Below, piece by piece: positions 29,763-40,466 of a stretch of DNA of 64,000 bases. Under the pieces are notes generated by a model, which saw only the letters and a program-made list of their open reading frames with translations, had not been told where the DNA came from and ran no database searches. This stretch comes from an uncultured Planctomycetota bacterium (GTDB lineage Bacteria > Planctomycetota > Planctomycetia > Pirellulales > Lacipirellulaceae), in the NCBI GenBank assembly GCA_963719315.1, contig CAVRBU010000002.1:1632001-1696000 (forward strand), given 5' to 3'. The position numbers and the translations under genes were made by a program. Position 1 is the first letter of the stretch. Each line of letters starts with the position of its first letter.

Positions 29763-31154
29763 ATGGCCGTGACGGAACAACAAATGATCGCATGGTGCGA
29801 AAAACTGCTGGCGGGCAGGGCGGCCGATCCGGACCTCACGCTGGCCGATTATATTCGTGCCATACCGGGCATGGCCTCGTTGCAGGATGTGCCTGCCGGC
29901 ACGCCGGTGCTCGTGCGAGGTGATGTCGACGCCAAGCCGGGAACGCAAATCGGCGACGGCGACATTCGGCTCCGTTCGATGAAGGACACATTGCAATTCG
30001 GCCGCGACCATGGATGGAAGCAAATCGTGTTCGGCCATATCGGCCGCAAACCCGAAGGCTCACTCAACAAAGTGGCCAAGCGACTGGGCGAGATTCTAAA
30101 GTGCGATGTGCCACTCGTTGGCGATTGGCTCGATGAAACTTCGATGACAATTCTGCCCGCCGTTCAGCAGCAGATCGCGGCCGTTAAACCGGGCGCGGTC
30201 ATCATGCTCGAGAACACACGTAAATATGAAATCGAGCGCGCGCTGTGGAAGGCGAAGCCGGCGGACCTGCCGAAGATCGCGCCGAAATTAGCCAGATTGG
30301 CGAACGAGTTTGCTGAAAAACTCGGCAAGATATTCGTGTTCGAGGCGTTCTCGGCGGGCAGCCTGGATGCATGCAGCGTGGCGGTGCCGGCTGCGATGTC
30401 CAAAGTGGCGCTTGGCGAGCATGTATCCGCCGAGTTCACCATGCCGCTCATGCGCTGCCTCGACGCGCAGCTCGTCGTGTTCAGCGGCCTGAAGGCCGAT
30501 AAGCTCGACGATATGGAAGCGATGATCAACCGGGGCAAGATCACGCGGGTAATCGCGGCCGGGGCACTGTCCGGCGCGCTGCGGAAAGCGGCTGCGCAGC
30601 TCGATGGCCAGGAATGCTGCCTCGGCGTGGCCGAAGATCCGGACCATAAGGATCAACCCCATTTCGTGCCCGAGGCCCGCTTGGAGCAAGCTCGCCGCAT
30701 GATCGCCGAGGGGCGCAAAAAGGGCATCAAGTTCTTTCTGCCCGTAGACTTCGTGATTCAAGATGGCAGCGTGGTCGAAACCCTCAAGCCGAGCGACGAA
30801 CAGTTCGACGTCGGGCCGAAAACCAGCGCGGTATTCGAGGATGCCGTCGGTGAGTTTCTCCAGTTGGCGGGAGCCGTCGCGTTTTACAACGGCGTGTTCG
30901 GCATGTTCGAAGACCCGCGCTTCGAAGGCGGCACTCGGCGGTTCATTCCACAGATCAAACGCATGACCGACAACGGCATAGAGGTTTACGTCGGCGGCGG
31001 CGAAGGCGGCGCGGCCCTCGAAAAGTACGGCCAGGCGAATTGGGCGACCCACATTTTCACGGCCGGCGGCACGGTGCTCAACGCGTTGGGCAGCGAACCC
31101 GTCCCCTACATGGTCGCCTTACGCGAAGCTGCGAAGAAGTCGCAACCAACGTAG
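29763..31154 (+). CDS. pgk: Phosphoglycerate kinase (divergent)
   Basis: VLVRGDVD, GHIGR, MLENTR, FDVGPKT, NGVFGMFE, GGGEG, HIFTAGG. Confidence 0.85.
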   Translation: MAVTEQQMIAWCEKLLAGRAADPDLTLADYIRAIPGMASLQDVPAGTPVLVRGDVDAKPGTQIGDGDIRLRSMKDTLQFGRDHGWKQIVFGHIGRKPEGSLNKVAKRLGEILKCDVPLVGDWLDETSMTILPAVQQQIAAVKPGAVIMLENTRKYEIERALWKAKPADLPKIAPKLARLANEFAEKLGKIFVFEAFSAGSLDACSVAVPAAMSKVALGEHVSAEFTMPLMRCLDAQLVVFSGLKADKLDDMEAMINRGKITRVIAAGALSGALRKAAAQLDGQECCLGVAEDPDHKDQPHFVPEARLEQARRMIAEGRKKGIKFFLPVDFVIQDGSVVETLKPSDEQFDVGPKTSAVFEDAVGEFLQLAGAVAFYNGVFGMFEDPRFEGGTRRFIPQIKRMTDNGIEVYVGGGEGGAALEKYGQANWATHIFTAGGTVLNALGSEPVPYMVALREAAKKSQPT

Positions 31155-31208
31155 CTTGCTTCGACGAAGACTTCGCAGCAACCGCTGCAATACACTACGC
31201 TCGCAAAG

Positions 31209-31654
31209 ATGAAGTTTAAGAAAACCAGAATCGTGATCTCGCTCGTCTTCACGGTCTTGATTCTTCTCCTCGCCGCGCTCTGTGTAAGAAGCAAGTCAAC
31301 GTGCGATATTGTCTTTAGACTCGACCCTAGTAATCAGCTGTCGACGTTCGGTTCCAATGACGGTATTATCTACTTTGGATACCAAGCTATGCCCAGCATG
31401 TCACGAGCCGCACTCGCTCCGCATGGCTGGAAGCTCTCCTCATCGAGTGCGAATGTGCGTGCCAAGAAATTCGCCTGGCACGTTTCTACGGCAACGCCTC
31501 CGTAAGTGCTCCTCACTGGTTCTTGATGCTTGCTTGCGCGGTAGCATCAACACTGCCCTGGGTACGCCGCCGGTTTAGCCTGCGCACGGCCCTAATACTG
31601 CTGACGATCACGTGTTGCATCTTGGGTATAGTCGTTTGGCAGATGAAGAAATAG
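31209..31654 (+). pseudogene. Small membrane protein with C-terminal RFSLRT motif, frameshifted near 31500
   Basis: The ORF stops at 31505 but another frame continues VSAPHWFLML...PWVRRRFSLRTALILLTITCCILG. Confidence 0.6.
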
Positions 31655-31700
31655 TTGACGAAATTAATGACGGAAACTTCCAACTAACGAGGACTGTTAC

Positions 31701-32948
31701 ATGTCACCTCTGCGAATCCAAACGTGGATGCCGTTTATCGCCCTGGTGTTCATAACGACTTCCGCCATTGCAGCCGAATCTTCGGCCGATGCCCAGCCCA
31801 CTTCAGAGAAATCCATTTCACCAGAATTGGCGTCGTTCCAATCAATTAGGGCCAAATGGCTCAAGCTTCGCAATGAACTTCAAGCGATCGCCACAAAGAC
31901 TCAAGGTCCTGTTTCACAAGAAGAATTCCGCAAATTGGACGGCGACTTTTGGGTAGTACACCGCCAGATGCGCGCTTTACAGCCCGAAGTAACGCAGCGA
32001 GCCGAAGCGGCTTGGCTCGAACAAACCGAGCTGAACATCGAAGTTTACAACTGGCTTTATGGAGAAATGTGCGGCTCGTTATCGCAAGGCTGCTACCTGG
32101 ATGCCAGGCGGCTCGGTGACCTGATCCTACGACGAAAAAAACTTCTCAATACCAAGCAAATACAAGATATATGGCACACTGCAGCCATCTCGTGCTTCTT
32201 CGCAAACGACTTCGAAACCGCCATCAAGCATTTGCTGTCGCTAAAAGGCACTTCGACGTTCACCCCGGGCCATGCGGAATCGCTTGCCATGAATCAACGC
32301 TATCTTCCGCTATGGAAGATAGAGCAAGAAACACGCCTGCGGGAAGCGAAGTCCAATGACCTGCCTCGTGTTGCGATAGAAACGACAGACGGCAAGATTA
32401 TCGTCGAACTATTCAGCGACTCAGCACCTAATACAGTCGCACAATTCATCGAGCTCGTTCGCTCACAATCGTTCGATAAAGTGCCGATTGCCGATGTTTC
32501 CGATGGGATGAGAACAGCGTTGCAGATTAGCGACGATAAACACACTCCGCGTCTCTCGACTACCGAAGCGAATGCGCGCAATCATCGTCTTCACTTCCAC
32601 GGCACGTTAAGTGTCGGACGCCACGCTGACAACGGCCAGGAGAATATCGCATTCGTGCTGGCACCAGTGCCGGAATGGGATGGGAAAAGCACCGTAGTCG
32701 GACGAGCAATCGAAGGCGTGGCGGTCCTCGAGAAAATTCTGCGTTCCCCCGTAAATGATCCAGCCGAGCCGGCCGTTCGGATCATCAAGGCCTCGGTCCT
32801 TCGACCGCAAATTCGAACCCTGCCACTTCGTTCATGCGGCTGCAATTACATGTGCCGCCTCGTCGCACAACTGCTTCGCTTCGAACTCAGCCGTCGCCTC
32901 GGCGATCAGCCGCACAATCGGCTCCGTGTTGCTGGCACGCACGAGTAG
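31701..32948 (+). CDS. Secreted protein with C-terminal cyclophilin-type PPIase-like domain (3' end doubtful, overlaps next gene)
   Basis: LPRVAIETTDGKIIVELF..APNTVAQF, HFHGTLS, WDGKSTVVGRAIEG; catalytic motifs degenerate. Confidence 0.7.
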   Translation: MSPLRIQTWMPFIALVFITTSAIAAESSADAQPTSEKSISPELASFQSIRAKWLKLRNELQAIATKTQGPVSQEEFRKLDGDFWVVHRQMRALQPEVTQRAEAAWLEQTELNIEVYNWLYGEMCGSLSQGCYLDARRLGDLILRRKKLLNTKQIQDIWHTAAISCFFANDFETAIKHLLSLKGTSTFTPGHAESLAMNQRYLPLWKIEQETRLREAKSNDLPRVAIETTDGKIIVELFSDSAPNTVAQFIELVRSQSFDKVPIADVSDGMRTALQISDDKHTPRLSTTEANARNHRLHFHGTLSVGRHADNGQENIAFVLAPVPEWDGKSTVVGRAIEGVAVLEKILRSPVNDPAEPAVRIIKASVLRPQIRTLPLRSCGCNYMCRLVAQLLRFELSRRLGDQPHNRLRVAGTHE

Positions 32949-34205
32949 CCAACTCTCGCGGCCATTTGCCAGCGTCCAATCAAGCCGCAAGCCATCCAGC
33001 CGATCCGCCTTCGCATCGGAAAAATGCTTTTCCAGCGCATCAAACGCCGCTGCCACTGCCTCCCTCGTCAATGTTAGCTTCGTCTTGTGAATCGCGTAGC
33101 ACGGCAGTTCATCAGCGAGCGTGCTCACGGGCAAGTCGCGTGCGGCCATCGCATCAATCACGAGCGCCATGCCGACGAAGCTGTCGCGAACCAGGCCGAC
33201 GCGCGGGTCGATTGCGCCGCCGTTGCCTTCGCCGCCGAATATTGCGCCACGTTTCAGCATTTCGTCCACGACGTTGGCCTCGCCCACGGCGGAGCGGAAA
33301 AACGGCACGCCGTATTTCGCCGCCAGATCCTCGGTCATGCGGCTGGTCGAGCAATTCGTAACCACGGGACCCGGTATGTTGCGAAGCACGTGGTCGACGC
33401 ACAACGCCAAGGTGTATTCTTCACTCAAGTAGCGCCCGTTCTCGTCGATGATCGCCAGCCGATCGGCATCTGGGTCCTGGCAAAAACCGACGTGAGCGCC
33501 GGCCTGCGTCACTTGCTTCAACACGGCGGCGAGGTTCTCGGACGTTGGCTCCGGCGGGTGCGCGAATCTACCGTCCGACGAGCCACCTAACATCGTCACG
33601 TCGCACCCGAGCCGTTCCAGTAGCGGTGCGCCGAGCACACTGCCCGAGCCATGATTGGCATCAAGCAGCACATGGAACCGCTTGGCCCGGATGCGGTCGA
33701 TGTCGACCGTGCGTTCGATGAGGGCGAGGTGGGCGGATGTCGTGTCGGTGACTTGCTGAACGGAGGATGCAGGATTCCGGATGGGAGGCGCAGAATGGGA
33801 TTTGGCTAGAGACCGGTATGTTTGAAGAACTATCTCGCCTACCTTGGCGGGCACGACGCGGCCTTCGGCGGAGAAAAGTTTCATGCCGTTGTATTCGGCC
33901 GGGTTGTGGCTGGCAGAGATCTGAATGCCGCCGGCGCAATGGTGATGCCGAATCAGAACGCCGGTGGTGGGTGTTGCGGTGATGCCAACGTCCAAGACGG
34001 ATCGCGTGCCGTTCTGCGATAGCCCGGCCACGATCGGGGCGACTAACGCCGGCCCGTTTGCCCGGCCATCGCGCGAGACCAAAAGAGGCCCCGGCGGCAG
34101 CGTGGCGGCAAACGCTGCCGCGTAGCGAAACGCAACATCGGCCGTGAGCGAGTCGCCGACGATGCCCCGCAGGCCGGAAACGCTAATGATGGGTTCGTTC
34201 TCCAC
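32832..34205 (-). CDS. Phosphoglucosamine mutase / phosphomannomutase family
   Basis: SVSGLRG, ISASHNP.EYNGMK, QDPDADRL, GGEGNGG, VRASNTEPIVR. Confidence 0.93.
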   Translation of the reverse strand: MENEPIISVSGLRGIVGDSLTADVAFRYAAAFAATLPPGPLLVSRDGRANGPALVAPIVAGLSQNGTRSVLDVGITATPTTGVLIRHHHCAGGIQISASHNPAEYNGMKLFSAEGRVVPAKVGEIVLQTYRSLAKSHSAPPIRNPASSVQQVTDTTSAHLALIERTVDIDRIRAKRFHVLLDANHGSGSVLGAPLLERLGCDVTMLGGSSDGRFAHPPEPTSENLAAVLKQVTQAGAHVGFCQDPDADRLAIIDENGRYLSEEYTLALCVDHVLRNIPGPVVTNCSTSRMTEDLAAKYGVPFFRSAVGEANVVDEMLKRGAIFGGEGNGGAIDPRVGLVRDSFVGMALVIDAMAARDLPVSTLADELPCYAIHKTKLTLTREAVAAAFDALEKHFSDAKADRLDGLRLDWTLANGRESWLLVRASNTEPIVRLIAEATAEFEAKQLCDEAAHVIAAA

Positions 34206-34272
34206 GGCGACAAATGGTCCTGGATGGTGCGCGATCGACGCAGTATAGAGACGAGGGCCGGATACGGCAATT

Positions 34273-34363
34273 TGTAGTAGGCACGCGGAGCATTCCGTGA
34301 CCGCGCTCGTGGAATTATCGCGAATTCGTGGGGCGGTTACGGCACGCGGAGCGTGCCTACTAC
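34273..34363. repeat. GTAG-capped REP-like inverted element
   Basis: GTAGTAGGCACGC ... ACGGCACGCGGAGCGTGCCTACTAC. Confidence 0.75.
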
Positions 34364-34434
34364 TTGGCAGGATCCCAGCACGCAGAGTATTCCTGCTACT
34401 ATCCCGGTGGTCGCGGGGCTACAATGAACGGTCC

Positions 34435-35512
34435 ATGGCACCGGAGCGTCACACACGTCGCAGTTTTTTGCAAGGCGAAGTCGCTTCGCGCGAGTTCGTC
34501 GGTCAGGTGCATCGAATGGACGAGGGCGTGGGCATCCCATCGCGTCAGTCGTTGGTGGTGAGCGTTCGCCGCCGGGCGATGGCCTGCGAGTTCGAAGTGC
34601 AGCTTGCGGCCGCCCGTAATGACGATTCGATGGAGCACGTGTTCTCCGCGCTCGACCTCGTCGAAGCATTGGAATCGCAACTGACCATCTATCGGAACGA
34701 CAGCGAAGTGGTCCGGATCAATCGGCGGGCAGGTAACGAACCGGTGACCGTCGAGAAGCAGCTTTTCGGACTGCTCCAACAGGCGCAACGGCTGCATCAA
34801 GACACAGACGGCGCGCTGGACATCACGAGCGGCCCGCTCTCCGAAGCGTGGGGCTTTTCGCGGCGCGAGGGGCGCGTTCCCAGCGACGACCAGATCGAAG
34901 CGGCTCGACAACTTGTTGGCATGCAACATGTGAAATTGGACGCCGTGCGACAAACGATTGCCTTTCGGCGAGCCGGCATGTCGATTAATTTTAACAGCCT
35001 CGGAAAAGGTTATGCCCTCGACCGCATGGCCGAGCTGCTGACGGCGAACGGCGTGGACGATTTTCTACTCCAGGGCGGAAAAAGCAGCGTGCTGGCGCGG
35101 CGATCAGCCGGGATCGGAAGACCCCGGTTGGCGAGTCGGCGTTCGGCACCCATTGCGGACCGCGGAGCGAATGGCGGAATTGATCCTACACAATCAAGCT
35201 TTATCGACTTCCGGCGCGGGCACGCAGTTTTTCATTCGCCGCGGGTATAGGTACGGTCACATCCTCGATCCGCGTACGGGCCGGCCGGCCGAGGGGCTGT
35301 ATTCGGCCACGGTGATCGCCCCCACGGCCGCTGAGGCCGAAGGATTGTCGACCGCTTTTTATGTCATGGGTCCGCACCAGGCTGGCGAGTTCTGTGCCGA
35401 TCGGCCGGAAATCTCCGCTTTATTGGTCGCACAGGGCGAGCGCGAGGGGGACGTACGACTAATCGCACTTGGCCAAGACAACGACCAATGGCTACGATTA
35501 GCGAACGACTAG
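34435..35512 (+). CDS. apbE: FAD:protein FMN transferase, frameshift near 35097 (probable sequencing error)
   Basis: AMACEF, DSEVVRIN, ALDITSGPL..WG, NSLGKGYALD / LSTSG, GHILDPRTG, AEGLSTA in two frames. Confidence 0.88.
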
Positions 35513-35532
35513 GCTTTGTCTCCAATGTCCTT

Positions 35533-35620
35533 ATAGGTCCCTTCTGCCGGAAGGGACCTTTTTGCAAATCATCGAACTTCGCGATGAGGCTACGGTTCCG
35601 CTCGGCAAGCGGGACCTACA
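35533..35620. repeat. REP-like doublet (same family as 29620-29705)
   Basis: TAGGTCCCTTCTGCCGGAAGGGACC ... GGTTCCGCTCGGCAAGCGGGACCTAC. Confidence 0.8.
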
Positions 35621-35659
35621 TTTTCATCAAACGCGCTCGAACGCCCACTCCGAGAAGCA

Positions 35660-36322
35660 GTGCACATGCTCGGTTCGCTATTCCATCCCAGCAGCTACCT
35701 GGGAATCTTCCTGTTCATCGCATCCACGGGTTGTGGCATGCCGATTCCCGAGGAAGCGGCGATCGTGGTCGCGGGAGTGCTGAGTGCCCAAGGTCACCTG
35801 CACTGGGGCATCGCGTTTGCCGCATGCCTGGCCGGCGCGATCGTTGGCGATAGCTTCATGTACGCGATCGGCTATCACTGGGGTCACGGCATCTTCAAGT
35901 CCCATCCACGCTTTGCCAAGTTGCTGGCTACTGAAAATGAGGAGCAATTTCAACAGGCTATCGAAGGCCATTCGCTTAAAGTAATGCTGCTGTCCCGGTT
36001 CTTGATCGGCATTCGTGCGCCGGTGTACGTGATGACCGGCGTCGTCCGGATGCCCTATCGCCGGTTTTTCGTGTACGACTTGATCAGTGCGACGCTGGTG
36101 GTCGGCGCGGTGTTTTGGCTATCGTATGTCTTCGGCGACAACGTGCGAGAATGGGTTCACCATGCGGAATTCATTGCGACCCTGATCGTGCTCGCCGTGC
36201 TCGCGGTCGTCGGAGGTTTTTTGTATTACCGCAATCGTCAGGCGATTCTCGACTTTGTCTTCGGCAACGAAGCGCCGCCGGCCGAGCCTCAACCCTCGCC
36301 GCCGAGCCGCGAGAACCCGTGA
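35660..36322 (+). CDS. DedA family membrane protein
   Basis: GMPIPEE, GAIVGD...Y.IG, SRFLIGIR...GVVRMPYRRF...D. Confidence 0.92.
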   Translation: MHMLGSLFHPSSYLGIFLFIASTGCGMPIPEEAAIVVAGVLSAQGHLHWGIAFAACLAGAIVGDSFMYAIGYHWGHGIFKSHPRFAKLLATENEEQFQQAIEGHSLKVMLLSRFLIGIRAPVYVMTGVVRMPYRRFFVYDLISATLVVGAVFWLSYVFGDNVREWVHHAEFIATLIVLAVLAVVGGFLYYRNRQAILDFVFGNEAPPAEPQPSPPSRENP

Positions 36323-36717
36323 AAGCGCCGCATGAAATCGGCCAGGCCGCCGCTGGAGACAAAAGCTTCGGCAGTCCAGGGCTCCGAGGTCAGGACGTGG
36401 CGATTTCTTTCCGGCACTACGTAAGCATCGGCCGCGTGGACCACGCCATTGCAGCCATCGATCGATAAACTCAGCCGGTCGTAGAAGGCATCCTCGAATC
36501 GATCGAGGCGGACGAGGGACGCCTCATCCACATCGCGATACACGAGGCCGCGTACCACGCAGTTATCTTCCACCGCGATAATACCGGGAAACGACGCATC
36601 GCGCACGCGGAAGATCGAATAGCCGGACACCGTGCCCGCGACGGTTTCGAATTCGCGGCCGACGACGATCCGCCAAACCTCGGGGAACATCAAAGAGCCG
36701 TAGGTGAAGACGTGCAT
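36289..36717 (-). CDS. Gamma-glutamylcyclotransferase (AIG2-like)
   Basis: VFTYGSLM, LDRFED.FY.R. Confidence 0.9.
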   Translation of the reverse strand: MHVFTYGSLMFPEVWRIVVGREFETVAGTVSGYSIFRVRDASFPGIIAVEDNCVVRGLVYRDVDEASLVRLDRFEDAFYDRLSLSIDGCNGVVHAADAYVVPERNRHVLTSEPWTAEAFVSSGGLADFMRRFHGFSRLGGEG

Positions 36718-36781
36718 GGCGGCCGATATTCGCTATTGCCGGATCGAGGACTGGGATAGAATATAAGATGAGGTGTCGAAA

Positions 36782-37036
36782 ATGGCGAGTGTCGAACTGA
36801 CAACCGAGCAAGTAATTCAACTCGTGCGGCAACTGCCGGCCGATCGCAAAATGGACGTGCTGCTGGCGTTGGCCAACGAATCGACATCGACGCAAGCCGA
36901 GCGAATGGCGATTGCTGAAAGGCAGTTTCGCCGACGGGCCGTCGAGCGTGGGTTGGATTGGGATTCGATGTCGGACGACGAGCGCGAGTATCTCGCGGAC
37001 GACTTGATCCACGAGGATCGACCGTGTCACGAGTAG
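36782..37036 (+). CDS. Putative antitoxin
   Basis: Small acidic ORF overlapping the start of the PIN gene. Confidence 0.6.
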   Translation: MASVELTTEQVIQLVRQLPADRKMDVLLALANESTSTQAERMAIAERQFRRRAVERGLDWDSMSDDEREYLADDLIHEDRPCHE

Positions 37037-37438
37037 TCGTATTCGACACCAACATTATCCTGTCTGCCATCGGTTGGCGAGGCAAGCCCTTCGATTGCCT
37101 GGAACTAGCATGGGAGGGAATCGTCGAAGGTGCTACTTGCGCCGAATTGCTCGAGGAACTGTCGGCGAAAACTCCAGTCCAAGCTATCGTTCACCGTCGA
37201 ACAAACAAATGCTGCGGTGCTCGATCTGTTGACCTACCTCCGAGTATGTCGAATCTCGGGGCAGCTCGCTGCCGTTCCTGCCGACCCGGCGGACGATAAG
37301 ACATTAGAGTGCGCGCTCATTGCCGGCGCGTCTTACCTTGTGACCGGCGATCGGCGTCATCTATTGCCGATGAAGAGTTTTCGGGGAATTCAAATCGTGA
37401 CGGCGGCAGAGTTTCTTTCCTTGGTTCCGAAGATGTAA
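37024..37438 (+). CDS. PIN-domain toxin, frameshift in A-run near 37170
   Basis: VVVFDTNIILSA ... DPADDKTLECAL...YLVTGDRRHLL split over two frames. Confidence 0.82.
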
Positions 37439-37452
37439 GCATTTCGAAGTGA

Positions 37453-38268
37453 ATGGGCTCTCCCATTATCACAAGCCGGCAGAATCCGCGGGTGAAAGAA
37501 GCCGTAGCGCTGCGCAGCGGGCGCGAGCGAAAGCGGCTCGGGCGATTCATCATTGACGGTGCGCGGGAAGTCACGCGGGCAATCGAGGCCGGCGTTACGC
37601 CGATCGAGGCGTTTGTGTGTGACGACCTCGCTCAGTCGCACGATAGCCAGAAGGCGATCGCGGACCTTGAAGCGACAGGCGCCGAAGTGTTTTGCGTTTC
37701 GACGGATGTGTACGAAAAGCTGGCATTCGGCGATCGCCGGGACGGCGTTCTCGTTGTCGCCCAACGCCAGAACCGCCCTCTTGCGAGCCTTCAACTGCCG
37801 GCCAATCCGCTTGTAGCCGTCCTGGAAGGGCTCGAAAAGCCCGGCAACGTCGGCGCAATCCTGCGGAGCGCCGATGCAGCGGGGATTGATGCAGTCATCG
37901 TCGCCGATGGCCGAACGGATCTTCATAACCCCAACACGATTCGGGCCAGCTTGGGCACGGTGTTTCGAGCGAATGTGTGTGAAGCCACGACTGCCGAGGC
38001 CATCGAGTGGCTGCGGCTAAAGGAACTTTCCATAATCGCGGCGCGGCCCGACGCTGCGAAGCTTTACATCGAGATCGACCTGCGTAGCGGCGCCGCGATT
38101 GTGCTGGGCAGCGAAGCAAATGGAATCAGTGGCGCCTGGAACGCAACTGGCGTCACTGCCGTGAGGCTGCCGATGCACGGGATTGCCGATAGCCTGAATG
38201 TATCGACGACGGCTGCCGTGTTGTTTTACGAAGCGCTTCGGCAACGTGGGGCCACATCGGTGGATTAA
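37453..38268 (+). CDS. TrmH/SpoU family RNA methyltransferase
   Basis: ITSRQNPRVK, EKPGNVGAILRSADAAG, LGSEANG, DSLNVS. Confidence 0.93.
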   Translation: MGSPIITSRQNPRVKEAVALRSGRERKRLGRFIIDGAREVTRAIEAGVTPIEAFVCDDLAQSHDSQKAIADLEATGAEVFCVSTDVYEKLAFGDRRDGVLVVAQRQNRPLASLQLPANPLVAVLEGLEKPGNVGAILRSADAAGIDAVIVADGRTDLHNPNTIRASLGTVFRANVCEATTAEAIEWLRLKELSIIAARPDAAKLYIEIDLRSGAAIVLGSEANGISGAWNATGVTAVRLPMHGIADSLNVSTTAAVLFYEALRQRGATSVD

Positions 38269-39368
38269 CTGCCGCTTTTGGGCGGCGTGGCCGCCTTGCG
38301 GGCTTCGGCGATCACCTGGTCGATGCGGCGGGTGTTGGCCCAATCGTCCTTGTAGTTTACCGGCACGAACTTGCTTTTTCCTTCCGGACCGAATTGCTTT
38401 TCGAGCCCGGTGCCTTTCCAGTCGAAATTGAGCAACACATCTTTAATTCCGTCGCGCAAGTCGGGCGACAGATCATAGACATACCCGATCGTCGCTGGCG
38501 GGAATCGCTCCGAGGTATAGATCGAGACGTATGCGGAAGGATCGATTTCCTTGCTTTCTTTCATGCCTGCAAGCAGGTCGCTCGCCACCGGCGCAACGTC
38601 AAACTTCTTCTCGGCTACGCCCTTAATCGATTCTCTTTGCCCGGACGAGAACCCCCATTGGTAATCTCGCTCCGGCAGGAAATTGCACTTCTCCTTCAAC
38701 AGCACAATTGGCGCCTTGCAGCCCGAGTTTGAATCTGTGGTCGAAAACGTGACTTTGTGCCCTTTGATGTCGTCAAGTTTTTGGATTGGACTGCCGGTGG
38801 GCACGATGAATTCCATCGTGTAGCCCCACGTGCCGTCGTCGCGCCCTAATGTGCAGAAAGGCACGAATCCAGCTTGCTCAACCGCAGTTTGCACGAGGCC
38901 CGTGTTGAGTCCAACGATGTGCAACTCGCCTTTCTTGAGTGCCGCCATCTGCTCGTCTGCTGTGGTGAAGTGCACGAGCTTCACGTCTTTTCCAGTTTTC
39001 TCTTTGATCGCCGCAAGGAGTTCCTTCCAAGTATCCTCGGACGGCGCTTCTTCCTCGGCCACGTAGGAGAACACCAAAGTGTCGGGAGTGATCAACTTGG
39101 CCGGGTCGGTCGGGGGATCGGCCACCATGTCGTTGTCGGCGTCGGCAAACTCCAAGACGCCCCCGGTGACCATCGGCTCAGACGTAAACATTCGCGCCAT
39201 CATACTCGGCGCGATATCGCCGCGGGCCTTCGACTCCAGATTCGACGACCACCAATACGCGGCCAAGCCCACGATGGCGATGGGCAACACGATCGCTAAA
39301 ACGCGCCCCGGAGAAGAGGCCGGCCGCGGTGCGCCAGACGATGAATTCGTGGATGTTGATTCGCTCAT
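38265..39368 (-). CDS. Phosphate/phosphonate ABC substrate-binding protein (PhnD-like), no adjacent ABC genes
   Basis: DDIKGHKVTFSTTDSNSG, GFSSGQ.ESI, DVAPVASD, YTSERFPP. Confidence 0.85.
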   Translation of the reverse strand: MSESTSTNSSSGAPRPASSPGRVLAIVLPIAIVGLAAYWWSSNLESKARGDIAPSMMARMFTSEPMVTGGVLEFADADNDMVADPPTDPAKLITPDTLVFSYVAEEEAPSEDTWKELLAAIKEKTGKDVKLVHFTTADEQMAALKKGELHIVGLNTGLVQTAVEQAGFVPFCTLGRDDGTWGYTMEFIVPTGSPIQKLDDIKGHKVTFSTTDSNSGCKAPIVLLKEKCNFLPERDYQWGFSSGQRESIKGVAEKKFDVAPVASDLLAGMKESKEIDPSAYVSIYTSERFPPATIGYVYDLSPDLRDGIKDVLLNFDWKGTGLEKQFGPEGKSKFVPVNYKDDWANTRRIDQVIAEARKAATPPKSGS

Positions 39369-39507
39369 GGATAAGACCTTCCGTTGCCGGGAATAAGAGG
39401 CGATGACCGAATGGGGCGCCTTTCAAGATAACACTCCCCGCTCATTAATCCAACAAACGCGCAAGAATGAGCGGAAAAATGGGAGGAACGTAAAGTTTGG
39501 CGGTGAT

Positions 39508-40371
39508 TTACGTTTCCAGCGACTGGGCGGCCGATAGCGTGTTTCTCAGCAGCATCGCGATCGTGAGCGGGCCGACACCGCCCGGTACCGGCGTAATTGC
39601 CCCGGCTACCGCGGCCACGGCGGCGAAATCGACGTCTCCCACTACGCCTTTGCCCGTGCGGTTGATGCCGACGTCCACCACCGTGGCCCCCGGCTTCACC
39701 ATTTCGGCCGAGACGAAATCTGGACGGCCGATGGCAACGATGAGAATATCCGCCAGCCGGGTGATGAAAGTCAGATCGCGCGACCGGCTGTGGCAAAGCG
39801 TGACGGTCGCGTCGCCGCCTGGGCCGTGTTGCGAAAGCATGATGGACAGCGGCCGGCCTACGATCTCGCTCCTGCCGAGGATGACCACGTGCCGCCCGGC
39901 GATCTCGATGCCACTCCGCACGAGCAGTTGTTGCACTCCTTGTGGCGTGCAGGGCAAGAACCGCGGGCGACCTTGCACCAGTCGGCCAACGTTTTCGGGA
40001 TGAAACGCATCGACGTCTTTGTTAGGACTCACGGCCAAGTGCACGCGGTTTTTATCGATCTGCGGGGGCAGAGGAAGTTGTACGAGAATGCCGTGAACTT
40101 CGGCGTCTTTGTTCAGCTTGGCGATCAGCTTTAATAGATCGTCCGAGGTTGCATCACCACTGAGCCGATGCAATTGGCTCTCGATGCCCACGGCCTCGCA
40201 CGCGCGCTGCTTGTTTTGCACGTAAACTTCGCTGGCGGCGTTGTCGCCGACCAGCACGGCGGCCAGACATGGCACCGCGCCGTTGTTCTGAATGAACTCG
40301 ACCACTTCCTCGGTCAGCTCCGATCGAAGCTGTTGCGCTAACTTCTTGCCGTCGAGGATGGTGGCGGGCAT
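39508..40371 (-). CDS. folD: Methylenetetrahydrofolate dehydrogenase/cyclohydrolase
   Basis: ILDGKKLA, HGILVQLPLP, KDVDAFHP.NVG, PCTP.G, GRSEIVGRP, TPVPGGVGPLT. Confidence 0.97.
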   Translation of the reverse strand: MPATILDGKKLAQQLRSELTEEVVEFIQNNGAVPCLAAVLVGDNAASEVYVQNKQRACEAVGIESQLHRLSGDATSDDLLKLIAKLNKDAEVHGILVQLPLPPQIDKNRVHLAVSPNKDVDAFHPENVGRLVQGRPRFLPCTPQGVQQLLVRSGIEIAGRHVVILGRSEIVGRPLSIMLSQHGPGGDATVTLCHSRSRDLTFITRLADILIVAIGRPDFVSAEMVKPGATVVDVGINRTGKGVVGDVDFAAVAAVAGAITPVPGGVGPLTIAMLLRNTLSAAQSLET

Positions 40372-40374
40372 GAA

Positions 40375-40409
40375 GGGTTTAGGGTCGAGGGTTGAGAGTT
40401 GAGGGCCGG
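40375..40409. repeat. Degenerate 7-bp tandem repeat (GGGTTGA)
   Basis: gggttta gggtcga gggttga gagttga gggccgg directly upstream of folD. Confidence 0.75.
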
Positions 40410-40466
40410 AGGAGGCACAGAATCAGGCAGTTGGATGGAGATTTTATCTCGTTTTGGGGCCGAGCG

